In this document: in pieces, positions 11,985-26,311 of the stretch
Layout of the letters: each line of letters starts with the position of its first letter
Numbering within the stretch: the stretch's first letter is position 1
Assembly (NCBI GenBank): GCA_964016885.1
Contig: OZ024757.1
Coordinates: forward strand, 26,350,001-26,414,000
DNA: 64,000 nucleotides
Reading direction: 5' to 3'
From: Eledone cirrhosa
Taxonomy: Eukaryota
The notes under the pieces: model-generated
What the model was told of the DNA's origin: nothing
The model's input: only the letters and a program-made list of their open reading frames with translations
The model's database searches: none
Translations under genes and position numbers: made by a program

Positions 11985-12148
11985 CAGCAGACGCCATGTC
12001 TTTCAGCAAAGAGTTACGGCCCTTTACGATGCGAGCTCAAATCCTGTCGAGGTTAACTTTGCCTTTCATCCTTACGGGGGTCGATAAAATAAAGTACCAG
12101 TAATGCGCTGGGGTAATTGCTGGCCTTGTGCCAAAAGTAGAAACAGTT
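11985..12148 (+). mobile_element. Main-family SINE, 5'-truncated
   Basis: Central domain and tail as at 8645. Confidence 0.8.
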
Positions 12149-12840
12149 ATTGTTGTTGTTGTTGTTGTTGTTGTTATCATCATCATCACCACCATAACAT
12201 CAAAACCTCATAGATTTGATATTATGTCAGATAATTATGTAAGAGAAAGCCTTCACCACAAAATACAATAGTAAATATAGAGCAATGTAAATGCTAAAGG
12301 GTTAAGAAGGATGATTTTAGCTGCATTTTCTAGCATCTTCAGCTACCACTACCTCGTCCTTGTTGATGGGACAAATACGGTATTTCAGAGTGAGGGGAAA
12401 TGTCTAACTGTTTAACTCCCAGCAAGGCTTGGGAGAATGAGAGCAAGGAGATATGAATGCAGTATATGGTGGTGGCAGGGGGGGGGGGGGCTTATATTTT
12501 TTGTTTTTGTTTTAAACAGATGGAATGGAAGTTGGACCATGGTGGGGGTGGGGGTACAGTGGAGTAAGGGAGGGGGGTGTAGGAAAAAATGGTGGGGTGA
12601 AGTAGGGTGGGGGTAAAAGTAGAAGAAAATTAGAAAAATAAAATAACCAATGTATATATATATTTATATATATATGTATGTGTGTGTGTGTGTGCATATA
12701 TGTATATAAATATGTATGTATGTATATATGTATGTATATATATATATATATACACAGACACATGCATATATATATGTATATATAAACATATATGTGTGTA
12801 TATACTATATATATATACTATATATATATACTATATATAC

Positions 12841-12914
<74 letters not shown>

Positions 12915-13205
12915 TAATGTCAGGGGTCGGAATGCTGGTGGTAGGGGAGTGTGTGGTGGTGGGGTGGGAATGCAGAAACAGTTAAAGGGTCAGCAATGTT
13001 GGCACAGGAAGCCATTTATACAGGCAGGTGGTGGGTGGATAGCTGGGGGGGGGGTAACACTGGTAGCAGAGGGGTGGGGAACTATGGTGGAGGGTGGGGT
13101 CAGTTTCTGGAAGCTTAATGCATTGTTCTTCTTTGGCAGTAGAAAGCTTACAAGAAGCAGATTATAGAATTAGTTAAAAGGGAATTGACAGAATGGTGAT
13201 AAAAA

Positions 13206-13775
13206 TACTACTACCACCACCACTACCACCACCACCACCACCACCACCAGTACCACCACCACTACCACCACCACCACCACCACCACCACTACCACCACTA
13301 CCACCACCAGTACTACCACCACCACTACCACTACTATCACCACCACTACCACCACCACTACCACCAGCAGTACTACCACCACCACCACTACCACTACTAT
13401 CACCACCACTACCACCACCACCACTACCACCACCACTACCACCACTACCACCACCAGTACTACCACCACCACTACCACCACCACCACTACCACTACTACC
13501 ACCACCACCACCACCACCACTACCACCACCAGTACTACCACCACCACTACCACTACTACTACCACCACCACCACTACTACTACCACCACCACTACTACCA
13601 CCACCACTGCCACCACCACCACCACTACTACCACCACCACTACTACCACCACTACCACCAGCACTACTACCACCACCACCACCACCACCACTACCACTGC
13701 CACTACTACCACCACCACTACAACCATCACCACTACTACCACTACCACTACCACCACTACTACCACTACTACTGC
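13206..13775. repeat. (CCA/CTA)n trinucleotide array
   Basis: Direct inspection; gives the poly-P and poly-V ORF artefacts. Confidence 0.95.
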
Positions 13776-13819
13776 TGTTACTACAACTAATAATAGTGGT
13801 ACTCTACCAACCCCATAAG

Positions 13820-14530
13820 GATGAAAAAGCTAACCTCCATGGGATTTCAACTTAGAACATAAAGGGCCGTAACTCTATGCTGCAAAGCATGTTGTCCGAT
13901 GCTCTACCGATACTGCCAATCTACCAAACGCAAAGGGCCGTAACTCTATGCTGCAAAGCATGTTGTCCAATGCTCTACCGACACTGCCCTACAGTGTTAC
14001 AGTAATGTAATAATTAAAGGGTTCGGTACTATAGGTTGATATCATTCACTGCAACAAGGAAACGGGTTGTGTTTACATAATGGCATGAATGAGAAGTAAA
14101 GGGCCATAACTCTATGCTGAAAAGCATGGTGTCTGACGCTCGTTAACCCATACTGCTAAACCACCACAATAGTAATAATAATAATAATTGTTTCTACTTT
14201 AGGCACAAGGCCAGCAATGACCCAGTGCATTACTGGTACTTTATTTTATCGACCCCGTAACGATGAAAGGCAAAGTCAACCTCGGCGGGATTTGAACTCA
14301 GTTTTCATTTATTAGCCACAAGGGCCGACATAATATAATATAATTGTTTCTACTTTAGGCACAAGGCCAGCAATTACCCAGTGCATTACTGGTACTTTAT
14401 TTTATCGACCCCGTAAGGATGAAAGGCAAAGTCAACCTCGGCGGGATTTGAACTCAGATCGTAAAGGGACGTAACTATGCTGGAAAGCATGGCGTCCGAC
14501 CCTCTACTGATACTGCCAATCCACCGCAAT
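13820..14530 (-). mobile_element. Cluster of main-family SINE copies and fragments
   Basis: Full copy at about 14343-14528 and partial copies at about 13820-13990 (head duplicated), 14098-14165 and 14186-14301. Confidence 0.8.
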
Positions 14531-15405
14531 GGTTTCATTTAATTTATTGGCCACAAGGGCCGGTATATAGGGGACAATACAATAGATGAGGATAATGGGG
14601 ATTTTATACAATGATAGTAATAGTAGTAATAATAATAATAATAACAGGGTTTTGGGGTGGGGTGGGGTCTAGAAGACAAATGAATCAAGTGTCAGTTAAG
14701 TTTGTAGAAGTCCTAGCGATAAAGAACAGGGAATGGGGGGGGGGGGGTGATAGAGTAGGGTAGGGACAGGGTGGATGGGAATATTTTTTTGCTGGGTAAT
14801 GTTTGGATTATTTAAATATGTGTATGTGTGAATATCTATATGTTTGTATGTATATATCTATATGTGTGTGTATGAATTGTACTGTGCAGTTATTTCTGTT
14901 TGCCTTTTGCATATATATATATATATGTGTGTGTACATATACACACATACACAGACTTATAAGTATGTTTGTATGTGTGTGTGTGTATATATATACATAT
15001 ACACACATACACAGACCTATAAGTATGTTTGTATGTGTGTGTGTGTATATATACATATACACACATATACAGACCTATATGTATGCATGTGTATGTGTGT
15101 ATATATACATATACACACATACACAGACCTATATGTATGTATGTGTGTGTGTGTATATATACATATACACACATACACAGACCTATATGTATGTATGTAT
15201 GTATGTGTGTGTGTGTATATATGCATGCACACATACACAGACCTATATGTATGTATGTATGCATGTATGTGTGTACACATATATCTATATTTCTACCCTT
15301 GCTAGCATGAAAATTGTATGTTAAACGATGATGATGATGATGATGATACATTCACACACATATGTATATATATACATACACACACACATATGTATATATA
15401 TACAT

Positions 15406-15492
<87 letters not shown>

Positions 15493-16001
15493 CATACACA
15501 CACACACACACATACATATATATGTATATATATATATATACACACCCCCACACGCATGTATATATATATATATATATATATACACAAACGCACTCACACA
15601 CACATATATATATATATGTATATATATATACACACTCACTTGCACAAACATATATATATATATGTATATATTTATACACTTACTCACATATATAAATGTA
15701 TATATATATATACACTCACATGCACAAACATATATATATGTATATATTTATACACTTACTCACATATATAAACATATATATATATATACACTCACATGCA
15801 CAAACATATATATATATATGTATATATTTATACACTTACTCACATATATAAATGTATATATATACACACTCACTTGCACAAACATATATATATATATGTA
15901 TATATTTATACACTTACTCACATATATAAATGTATATATATATACACACTCACTTGCATAAACATATATATATATATGTATATATTTATACACTTACTCA
16001 C

Positions 16002-16042
<41 letters not shown>

Positions 16043-16123
16043 CACTCACTTGCACAAACATATATATATGTATATATTTATACACTTACTCACATATATA
16101 TATATGTATATATTCATTTATAC

Positions 16124-16232
16124 TTCCCAACAACCTCGTGGCCAAAGTGATGGCAGCAAACATGAATCTGGAGAATGTCTTTGATGCTTGCTGTGATAGC
16201 CATGATGGATATATTTTGTAAGACATGGAGTG
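16124..16232 (-). CDS. Weak candidate exon (frame and strand ambiguous)
   Basis: Unique island among TA/CA repeats. Acceptor tttttatccaag|C; possible donors at 16124 (GAA|gtataa) or 16135 (GAG|gttgtt), both able to give phase 0 as needed by the 11852 exon. All three minus frames are open. Confidence 0.25.
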
Positions 16233-16439
16233 CTTGGATAAAAACAAACCCCACTTCATAGGGATTTCATGTAGGAGGGTAGGGTCTCACAATATGTAGA
16301 TTTTGTTGGCCTAATTCTGGCCACTGTTGCTTCTGTTGTTGTTGTAGTTTAGCTCTAGGTTAACCTTGGTCAAACAGAACTACAATGAAGGTCATCAATC
16401 CAGCTGTGACCATCACATCTGTATTTTATTATTTTTTGG

Positions 16440-16655
16440 GGTTCGATTGGCAGTACCGGTAGAGGGTCGGATGCCATGCTTTGTCGCATAGAGTTACGGC
16501 CCTTTATGATCTGAGTTCAAATCTCGCCGAGGTTAACTTTGCCTTTCATCCTTACGGGGGTCGATGAAATAAAGTAACAGTCAGGCACTGGGGTCAATTT
16601 CATCGACTTTCCCTTCCTCCAAAGTTGCTGGCCTTGTGCCTACATAAGAAACCAT
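16440..16655 (+). mobile_element. Main-family SINE, full length
   Basis: A box, B box, central domain and tail all present. Confidence 0.85.
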
Positions 16656-16844
16656 TATTTTTTTTTTTTTTACTAGAATTTTTTTCAACATGAGTATGTA
16701 AATATAAACGTAGAAATAAAGACATGCTTACAAAAATAGACATTCACACACATACATTCACACAAATACACACACATACATTGACACAAAGACACACATA
16801 CATTCACACATTCACACAGACACACACATACATTCACACAAACC

Positions 16845-17610
16845 TGCCAGCCAACCAACCAACCAACCAACCAACCAAACAACCAATCAGCCAACCAACC
16901 AATCAGCCAACCAACCAACCAACCAACCAACCAGTCAATCAAACAACAAACCAACCAACCAACCAACCAATCAGCCAACAAACCAATCAACAGATCAACA
17001 GACCAATCTTATGTGAGAAAATTTGCTCCGAAAGAATTGCATGTGTTTTAAGGAACCTGCAGCCGTAGAATCAGCCAGATCCATACAAGGACCATGACTC
17101 GAGCTACCTGCCGGCAAAACAATTGTAACACGCAATAAACTGAGTCCAGATGCATCACTGATTTTTCATTTTTTTATACTATTCACACTCTGCTGTATGA
17201 ATATTGAGTGCTAATTTTGGCATACCGCCTATGGAAGCACCATAGCTACCATTAAACACACGTATATATATATATAAATATTTATATATATACATACATA
17301 CATTAATATAAAGGTGTGTGTTGTAAAATATATGTTCATATATCTATCTATTTACCTACATATATATATATATTGAATATTTATCCAAAATACTGTGTAT
17401 ATTAGAACTCTAAGCAAAAGAATTGGTATAACTTACCAGCCAGCCAAACAACAGGGACAACCAACCAACCAGCCAACCAGTCAATCAAACAACAAACCAA
17501 CCAACCAACCAACCAGCCAGCCAGCCAAACAACCAACCAGCCAGCCAATCAACCAACGAACCAACCAACCAACCAGCCAACAAACCAATCAACAGATCAA
17601 CAGACCAATC
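16845..17610. repeat. Two (CCAA)n-type tetranucleotide blocks with duplicated 3' flank
   Basis: Blocks 16845-17008 and 17436-17610 both end in CAAACCAATCAACAGATCAACAGACCAATC. Confidence 0.85.
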
Positions 17611-18309
17611 CTATACATAATCAATAGACTAGTTATGATATTCCACTCCAATCTACCACATCTGACTGGATCCCAAACATGGCTGTTTTCAGTTTGATTT
17701 TCTTGTCTAGTTTAATGTTTGGTTGTGTATGTAGCTGTGTTGAGCTGTTCTGGGATGTGTTTGTGTGTGTATGTAGCTGTGTTGGGCTGTGTTTGGATGT
17801 GTATGTAGCTGTACTTGGCTGGGTTCTGTGTTTGTGTGTATATGGTTGTGTTGGCTGTGTTTGGGTGCATTTAGGTGCATATGTGACTGTGTTTGGATGT
17901 GTTTTGGGTGTGTTTGGCTGTGTTTTGGGTGTGTTTGGCTGTGTTTTGGGTGTGTATATGACTGTGTTGGCTGTCTTTAGGTGTATATGTCGCTGTGTGT
18001 GTGGGAGAGGCTGTGTTTGGATGAGTTGGGTGTATATATGGCTGTGTGTGGCTGTGTGGCTGTATGTGGCTGTGTGTGTTTTATTAGAATATCAAACCAG
18101 AACCTGCACGTATGTATGTATATGTATGTATTTGGGTGTGTGCATATGGCAGTGTAAGTGCAAATGTATCTGAGGGGAAGTGTATGTGTGTATGTCTATA
18201 TATGTGTATGTGTGTAGTATGTCTGTAGTTTGTCTCTCATCTTCCCATCACCTTTCTACACTGCTCACTTCACAAAGTAAACAAACTGATCTATGTATCT
18301 ATGTATCTA

Positions 18310-18382
<73 letters not shown>

Positions 18383-18443
18383 CATTTTACCTCCACCTTT
18401 CCCTGCTTGTATGGGTGGGACAAGATATATATATATCATCATC

Positions 18444-18502
<59 letters not shown>

Positions 18503-18537
18503 TCATCATCTAATGTAAGTACACATGTGTATGTGTG

Positions 18538-18575
<38 letters not shown>

Positions 18576-18609
18576 GTTACATATGTGTATGTATATGAAT
18601 GAATATGTG

Positions 18610-18657
<48 letters not shown>

Positions 18658-18979
18658 TAATCATCATCATCAATTAATATCTATGTGTGTAGGTACACAT
18701 GTGTGTATGTGTGAATATATATATTTATATATATATATATGTGTATATACACACATACATGTATGTATATATATATATGTATATATATATGTATATATAC
18801 ACACATGCATGCATGTATGTATAAATATATATATATATATATACACACATTGTTATATTTGATTTGTAGATCTAAACACATATATGTATCATATGTACAT
18901 GTACCAGAGTGACATCCTATGTTCCACTCTTCTCAGTCAGTCACAGTTGTGTGTCAGATATTGTGTGTGTCCACTAAGG

Positions 18980-19228
18980 CAGGCATATCAAACATGCAGC
19001 CCATGGGATGCATGCAGCCCTTTACAAGCACACCTACGGCCCGCGCAAAGGTTTTTACAGTGCGAGCATGTTTATCTTCGTAATATAAAATAAAATATAA
19101 TAGTTGTAATGTGCGCAATTAGTTGTCATGTCTGGCCCTCATACAACACATAGGTGACTCTTGTGGCCCTCAGACAACACATATGTCACCCTCGTGGCCC
19201 TCGGGGGACCCCCTGTTTGACATACCTG
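18980..19228. mobile_element. hAT-type MITE
   Basis: TIRs CAGGCATATCAAAC / GTTTGACATACCTG; imperfect 8-bp TSD CACTAAGG / CACTATAG; internal GGCCCTC subrepeats. Confidence 0.75.
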
Positions 19229-19570
19229 CACTATAGATTTGCTTGTCCAATCTTTGATGTTGTCTGTCCATATTTTTCTGTATTTGCCTCTCACTCTCTC
19301 TCTTTCTCTCGTACACCCCAATTCCTTGAATGATGGTCAATGCAAGGCCACTGTATCGTGTTAAATTGCCATACCATCTTAGCTTTCTTTCCTTCACTAT
19401 TGTGAGAAGCCCTTCATGGGTGAGGAAGGGACATCAATGTGTTGGATTGTTTTGTAGATCTGTTTCTTTGTGATATGGTCTGTATATATATATATGAGAT
19501 AACTAAGATATCGTGGTAGCATCTCATTTCTAGTGTCTATATCCATCTCTATATCTCTTCAGTGAGGATT
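19229..19570 (-). pseudogene. RTE LINE (family C) C-terminal fragment interrupted by the hAT MITE
   Basis: KERKLRWYGNLTRYSGLALTIIQG...RGKYRKIWTDNIKDWT, with frameshifts. Confidence 0.75.
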
Positions 19571-19985
19571 CATATTGTATGTGATATGGTCTGTATATAT
19601 GAGATATCTAATATATCGTGGTATCATATCACTTATAGTGCCTGTATCCATCTCTGAATCTTTAGTAAGGGTCCATATTGTATGTGATATTGTCTGTGTC
19701 TGACTATGAGATGTCTAAAATATTGTGGTAGCATCTCATTTCTAGTGTTTGTATCTCTTCAGTGAGGGTTCATATTGTATGTGATATGATGTATATATGA
19801 GATATCTAAGGTTTTGTGGTATCATCTCATTTCTAGTATCTTTATCTATCTCTATATCTCTTCAGGGAGAGTTCATATTGTATGTGATATGGTCAGTCTA
19901 TGAGATACCTAAGATATTGTGGTAGCATCTCATTTCTAGTCTCTATATACATCTTGATATCTTTATAGTCAGGGTCCATATTGTC
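19470..19985. repeat. Degenerate ~105-bp tandem repeat derived from the RTE fragment
   Basis: Recurring TGTGATATGGTCTG...GAGATA.CTAAG..ATTGTGGTAGCATCTCATTTCTAGT...CATATTG, about 5 copies. Confidence 0.75.
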
Positions 19986-21734
19986 AGGGCCAGATTTAGA
20001 CATTGGGTGGGGTCTGGGGCATTCCATATTTGAGGGAGGGGGGAGGGGTCATACACGAAAAATTAGAATACACAGCAAAACCCCAATTTTACATATCAAA
20101 GTCGCCTTGGCAGAAGTAATTAGAATTGAAAAGTTATACATACAGGTATTACATTTAAAAAAAATCTAACCATCCTCAGTTTAGGTCTACTTCCCACACT
20201 GGCAGGTGTTGGACAGGTTGTCACAGTCCGTGACCAACATATTGGAGTGACCTCATCTTGCTCATATATTACATATTTGGCATGGTTTCTATGGCTGGAT
20301 GACCTTCTTAACATAACCTCTTTAGAGTGTTTACTGAGTGCATTGTTTTTGTGATACCTGCACAACCACTTTATATTAGAGAGAGAACACGTGGAGCTAG
20401 TTATAGGAAACACACATGTTGTACACCACAGAGAGAACATACATGTAGCTATACATAGGAAGCACACATGTGGCTGTACATAAGAGAAAGAGAGAAAGCA
20501 CACATATAGCTATACATGGGAAGCAGACATGTATCTGTACATTAGAGAGAGAGCGAGAGAAAGCACACATGTAGCTGTACCACAGAGAGAGACAGAGTTC
20601 ACATGTAGCTATACATGGAAAACAGACATGTAGCTGTACATCAGACAGAGTGAGAGTAGACATGTAGCTCTACATGGGAAGCAGTGGTTAAAACCAACAA
20701 AAAGTTCTTCCTATTTTTGAAACACAATACTAATCAATAGAGAAATTCCTCTCAATGTATTCTTAGTGAAAGTTCAGACTAAATATAGACATGGTGGTGG
20801 TGGTGGTGGTAGATGAGGTGGTGAGTGTTATTGGTGGTGGTGGTGGTGGTAGATGAGGTGGTGAGTGTTATTGGTGGTGGTGGTGGTGGTAGATGAGGTG
20901 GTGAGTGTTATTGGTGGTGGTGGTGGTGGTAGATGAGGTGGTGAGTGTTATTGGTGGTGGTGGTGGTGGTGGTGAAGTAACAGTAGTATTGATGGTGGAG
21001 GAGGTGGTGAGTGTTACTGGTGGTGGTGGGGTGACAGTGCTATTGATAGGGGTGGTTGTGGAGGCGGTGACAATGCTATTGGTGTTGGTGGTGGGGTAAC
21101 AGTGATATTGCTGTTGGTGGTGGCATAACAGTAGTATTGATGCTGGTGGCGGTAGTGTTGACAGTGGTGTTGGTGGTGGGGTGACAGTGGTATTGATGTT
21201 GGTGGTGGTGGTGGTTGGAATAGAAGTATTGAGGAGGGAGGGGTTGTAATGGCTGTTAATGGTTGATACTGGGGTGATGCTAGGAAGAGGAAATGGACCT
21301 TTTCCTGAATGAACAGACAAAAAGGTTTATATATATAGAGAGAAAAAGGTTTATATATATATATATATATAAAGAGAGAGAATGAGGGAGAGAAATATAT
21401 ATTAATATATGTTTATGTGTATATATGTTTATATACATATGTGTATGTATGTGTGTATTTGTGTGTATATATATATATATATATATAAAATATTAAACAA
21501 ATAATGAACAAACAATTCCTTATATTAAACAAAAAAAGTTCACTATTTAACGATCGTTATATATTCAAAATAAAGACCACACAGGAAAAAGACAATGAAA
21601 AAAAACTATGGAAAGACGGACAGTCCCCTCTCCTCAGTCAACCTCTGGAGATCACTACAGTTTTGGTACATTAAGGTCGATACTTTTCATTCCAGAGCCC
21701 ATTGGGACATAACAAAACAGGTAGAGACAAGTTA

Positions 21735-22237
21735 TACAAAAAGCACCCAGTCCACTCTGTAAGGTGATCATACTGTTACCACGACAAAAAGCATCCAGTC
21801 CACCCTGTAAGATGGTCATACTGTTACCACGACAAAAAGCACCCAGTCCACCCTGTAAGATAGTCATACTGTTACCACGACATAAATCACCCAGTAAGGT
21901 GGTCATGCTGTTACCACGACATAAAGCACCCAGTCCACCCTGTAAGGTGGTCATACTGTTACCACGACATAAAGCACCCAGTCCACCCTGTAAGGTGGTC
22001 ATGCTGTTACCACGACATAAAGCACCCAGTCCACCCTGTAAGGTGGTCATACTGTTACCACGACATAAAGCGCCCAGTCCACCCTGTAAGATGGTCATAC
22101 TATTACCACGACATAAAGCGCCCAGTCCACCCTGTAAGGTGGTCATACTGTTACCACGACAAAAAGCACCCAGTCCACCCTGTAAGGTGGTCATGCTGTT
22201 ACCACGACAAAAAGCACCCAGTCCACCCTGTAAGGTG
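21735..22237. repeat. 48-bp minisatellite (~10 copies) derived from the RTE 3' UTR unit
   Basis: Unit AAAGCACCCAGTCCACCCTGTAAGGTGGTCATACTGTTACCACGACAT; 16-aa periodicity in the ORFs. Confidence 0.9.
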
Positions 22238-22350
22238 GAACAACGTGAAATGAAGTGTTTTGCTCAAGAACACAACACGCAACCCAGGAATCGAACCCAC
22301 AACATTATGATTGTAAGTCAAACATCCTTACCTCTAAGCCACGTGCCTCT
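22236..22350 (-). mobile_element. tRNA-derived SINE (CORE/V-like), partial
   Basis: GGAACAACGTGAAATGAAGTGTTTTGCTCAAGAACACAAC...GGAATCGAACCC...CTAAGCCACGTGCC. Confidence 0.75.
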
Positions 22351-22404
22351 ACTAGCTCTCTCTCTCTCTATATATATATATATGTATGTATATGTGTATA
22401 TTCC

Positions 22405-22780
22405 CTACGTGCAACATTAACCTACAGTCAGTAGGCCCCCACCAACCCAAACACACACCAACCCACTACCCCTACTCCATCCTCCCACTCCCACCAACAC
22501 CACCCTTTTCTCTATAAAGCTATGTTGGTACCACAGAACATCCAGTCCAAACTAATGAGGTCGTGTAGGTGTCACGACAAAAAAACACACAGTCCACGCT
22601 GTAATGTGGCCGTGTAGGTAAACACGGCAAAAAGGCTCCCAGTTCCACACTGTAAATGTGGTTGGTGTTAGGAAGGGCATCCAGCCGTAGAAACCTTGCC
22701 TCAAGTGGGACAGCTCCCATCTAACCCATGCTAGCGTGGAAGATAGACATTAAACGATGATGATGATGATGATGAGGATG
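22405..22780 (+). mobile_element. RTE family B 3' end
   Basis: ORF end CCTACAGTCAGTAGG, then the 3' UTR and (GAT)n tail. Confidence 0.85.
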
Positions 22781-22797
22781 ATATATATATATATATA

Positions 22798-23197
22798 TTG
22801 TTTCTACGTTAGGCACAAGACAAGGCCAGCAATTACTCAGTGCATTACTGGTACTTTATTTTATCGACCCCCGTAAGGATGAAAGGCAAAGTTAACCTTG
22901 GCGGGATTTGAACTCAGAATGGCAAGGGCCGTAACTCTATACGTCAAAGCATGGCGTCCGACCCTCTACCAATACTGCCAATCCAACCTAATTATATGAT
23001 ATATATACAAGGGCGGTGGATTGGCAGTATCGGTAGAGGGTCGGACGCCATGCTTTCCAGCATAGTTACGTCCCTTTACCATCTGAGTTCAAATCCCGCC
23101 GAGGTTGACTTTGCCTTTCATCCTTACGGGGTCGATAAAATAAAGTACCAGTAATGCACTGGTAATTGCTGGCCTTGTGCCTAAAGTAGAAACAATT
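22798..23197. mobile_element. Head-to-head inverted pair of main-family SINEs
   Basis: Minus copy 22798-22988 and plus copy 23011-23197, separated by about 22 nt. Confidence 0.9.
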
Positions 23198-24805
23198 ATA
23201 TGATATATATATATATATTGATAGAAAGATAGATATATAGGCTGTATATAAATACTAGCTATATGACTAAAAGCATGTCCTGCCTAAGCTACAGTATATA
23301 TATTTATATACATGTGCATGTGTATGTTATTTTTCCTAAGAATGCTTGTGTATGAATGTGTTTTGTTTTTAAGAGGGTGCTTCTGTGTGTGTGTGTGTGT
23401 GTGTGCGCGCGCACATTTCCATGTTTTTATTAGAGGGTCAGTGTGTGTGTGTGTGCATATGTATGTTTTTATTAGAGGATCAGTATGTGTGTGTGTATGT
23501 GCATATGTATGTTTTTATTAGAGGGTCAGTGTGTGTGTGTGTGTGTGTGTGCATATGTATGTTTTCATTAGGGTGCATGTATGTGTGTGTATGCGCATAT
23601 GCATGATTTCATTAGGGGGCAAATGTGTGTGTGCGTGCATATGTATGTTTTCATTAGGGTACATGTGTATGTATGCATATGTATGCTTTTATTAGGAGGC
23701 AAGTGTGTATGTGTGTATATATATATTTTTTATTAGGGTGCTTGTGAATGCATGTGTGTGTGTGTCTGTGTGCATGTGTATGTTTTTATTAGGGTGCTTG
23801 TGTGTGTATGTGTGCATGTGTGTGTATGTCTATGTGTGCATGTGTGTGTATGTCTGTTTGCATATGTGTATGTCTATGTGTGCATGTGTGTGTATGTCAG
23901 TATGTGTATGTCTGTGCATGTGTGTGCATGTGTGTATGTCTGTGTGCATGTGTGTTTTTATTAGGGTGCTTGTGTGTGTATGTGTGCATGTGTGTGTATG
24001 TCTATGTGTGCATGTGTGTGTATGTCTGTTTGCATATGTGTATGTCTATGTGTGCATGTGTGTGTATGTCAGTATGTGTATGTCTGTGCATGTGTGTGCA
24101 TGTGTGTATATCTGTGTGTATGTCTGTGTGTATGTCTATGTGTACATGTGTGTATATGACTATGTGTACATGTGTGTGTCTGTGTACATATGTGTGTGTG
24201 TCTATGTGTACATATGTGTGTCTATATGTGTGTGTGTCTATGTATGTGTCTGTATATGTGTGTGGGTTTATGTGTGAGTCTGTATATGTGTGTGTCTATA
24301 TGTTTGTCTATGTGTGTGTCTGTATATCTGTGTGTCTGTGTGTCTGTATATGTGTGTCTATGTGTGTGTCTGTATATGTGTGTGTCTGTCTATGTGTAGT
24401 AGCAGACTAAAATGGCAAAAGAAATCAATAGGAAGAAAATACATTAACTACTGGTGTTTTGTTGTTGTATATATATGTGTGTGTATATATAAATGTGTGT
24501 GTATATATATATATATATGTGTGTGTGTATATATATGTGTGTATATATAAATATATGTGTGTGTATATATATATGTGTGTGTGTATATATATGTGTGTAT
24601 GTATATACAAATGTGTGTGTATATATATATATATATGTATATATGTGTGTGTCTATGTGTATATATATGTGTATATATATATATGTATATATATGTGTGT
24701 GTGTATGTATATATATATATATATGTGTGTATATATATATGTGTATGTGTATATATATATGTGTGTATATGTATATATATATGTATATATGTGTATATAT
24801 ATATA

Positions 24806-24836
<31 letters not shown>

Positions 24837-24837
24837 C

Positions 24838-25057
24838 ATCCACACCACCCCTTTCGATGTAAAGTTATGTTGGTACCACAACATCCAGGCCGAAACAAAT
24901 GAGGTTGTGTAGGTGTCACGACAAAAAAAACACACAGTCCACGCTGTAATGTGGCCGTGTAGGTAACACGGTAAAAACCTCCCAGTCCACACTGTAAACG
25001 TCTAACCCATGCTAGCGTGGAAGAACGGACGTAAAACGGTGATGATGATGATGATGA

Positions 25058-25060
<3 letters not shown>
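24838..25060 (+). mobile_element. RTE family B 3' UTR fragment with internal deletion
   Basis: Same UTR motifs, ending GGACGTAAAACGGTGATGATG. Confidence 0.8.
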
Positions 25061-25102
<42 letters not shown>

Positions 25103-25107
<5 letters not shown>

Positions 25108-25797
25108 TAATATACGTGAACGACAAAGCATAAACGAACTAAGGAAAAAATTAGAAATAAGAGGGATCAGATGTTGTTTACTAGAGAGAAGGCTACGTTG
25201 GTATGGTCACGTGATGCGCATGAAGGACGATAGCTGTATAACAAAGTGCAGGGCAATAAAGATAGACGGTAGCCACGGAATAGGCAGACCCAGAAAAACC
25301 TGGGACGAGCTGATAAACTCCGACCTCACACACTTACACCTCACCAAGACAATGTCACTGGACCGAGACCTTTGGCGGTACTCAGTAATAGAGAAGACCC
25401 GCCTTACCTAAATACAAAGTAAAACCTACTACAGTCAGTAGGCATCTCTAACAAAATACACCCCCGTCCCACCACCCCCACCCCATCCTATGTAAAGTTA
25501 TGTTGGTGCCACACCATCCAGGCCGAAACAAATGAGATCGTGTAGGTGTCACGACAAAAAAACACACAGTCCACGCTGTAATGTGGCCGTGTAGGCAACA
25601 CGGTAAAAACCTCCCAGACCCACACTGTAAATGTGGTTGGTGTTAGGAAGGGCATCCAACTGTAGAAAACCTGCCAGACAGTCCTATGCGAGCAAGACAA
25701 TCACTCTTGCCTCAAGTGGGAATACCCCCGTCCAAACCCATGCAAGCGTGGAACACGGACGTTAAACGTTGATGATGATGATGATGATGATGATGAT
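25103..25797 (+). mobile_element. RTE LINE family B, 5'-truncated copy
   Basis: ERRLRWYGHVMRMKDDSCITKCRAIKIDGSHGIGRPRKTWDELI, then the 3' UTR and (GAT)n tail; flanked by (TA)n. Confidence 0.9.
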
Positions 25798-25891
25798 ATA
25801 TATATACTCACACACACATTTATATATATACATATGTATAGATAACTTTCTTTTTACATATGTATAGATAGATATATAGATGTGTGTGTAC

Positions 25892-25922
<31 letters not shown>

Positions 25923-26088
25923 AGTATATATATATATATATGTATATATTGTTATGCTTTAGGAGGGTCATGTTGCCAATAAAAAACACACGCACCAGTT
26001 GCTTTCACTCCAATTTATTATAAATTAAAGAATTTATAAATTTCCGGTTGGTTGGTTGGTTCCATAACCGGACGATTGTTCATATATT

Positions 26089-26131
26089 GTCAAAGTTCTT
26101 ACGTCACACATTCTGTGACCTCTTCAGTGAC
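26089..26131 (-). ncRNA. Degenerate hammerhead-like motif
   Basis: GTCA-CTGAAGA-G GTCACA..TGTGAC-GTAA(GAAA mutated)...TGAC. Confidence 0.35.
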
Positions 26132-26311
26132 TGGGGATTCTTTTCTTTGTTTTTATGTATATATATATATATAATCACACACACTATTTTTTGGGCTTTT
26201 AAGTGTTGGTCATGTCAGCTAGTTGTTGTTTTTTTGTGTGTGTCCTGCTTTGATGCCAAGATTTTGGAAATTTGACCAGTTGTATTTTGAATTGTGAGGG
26301 AGAAGAGGTGA

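Noticed and set aside
13138-13195. Plus-strand mini-exon [18 protein letters not shown] (similar cases at 7560 and 12334)
   Set aside because: Too short, and no consistent phase chain with other plus-strand candidates.
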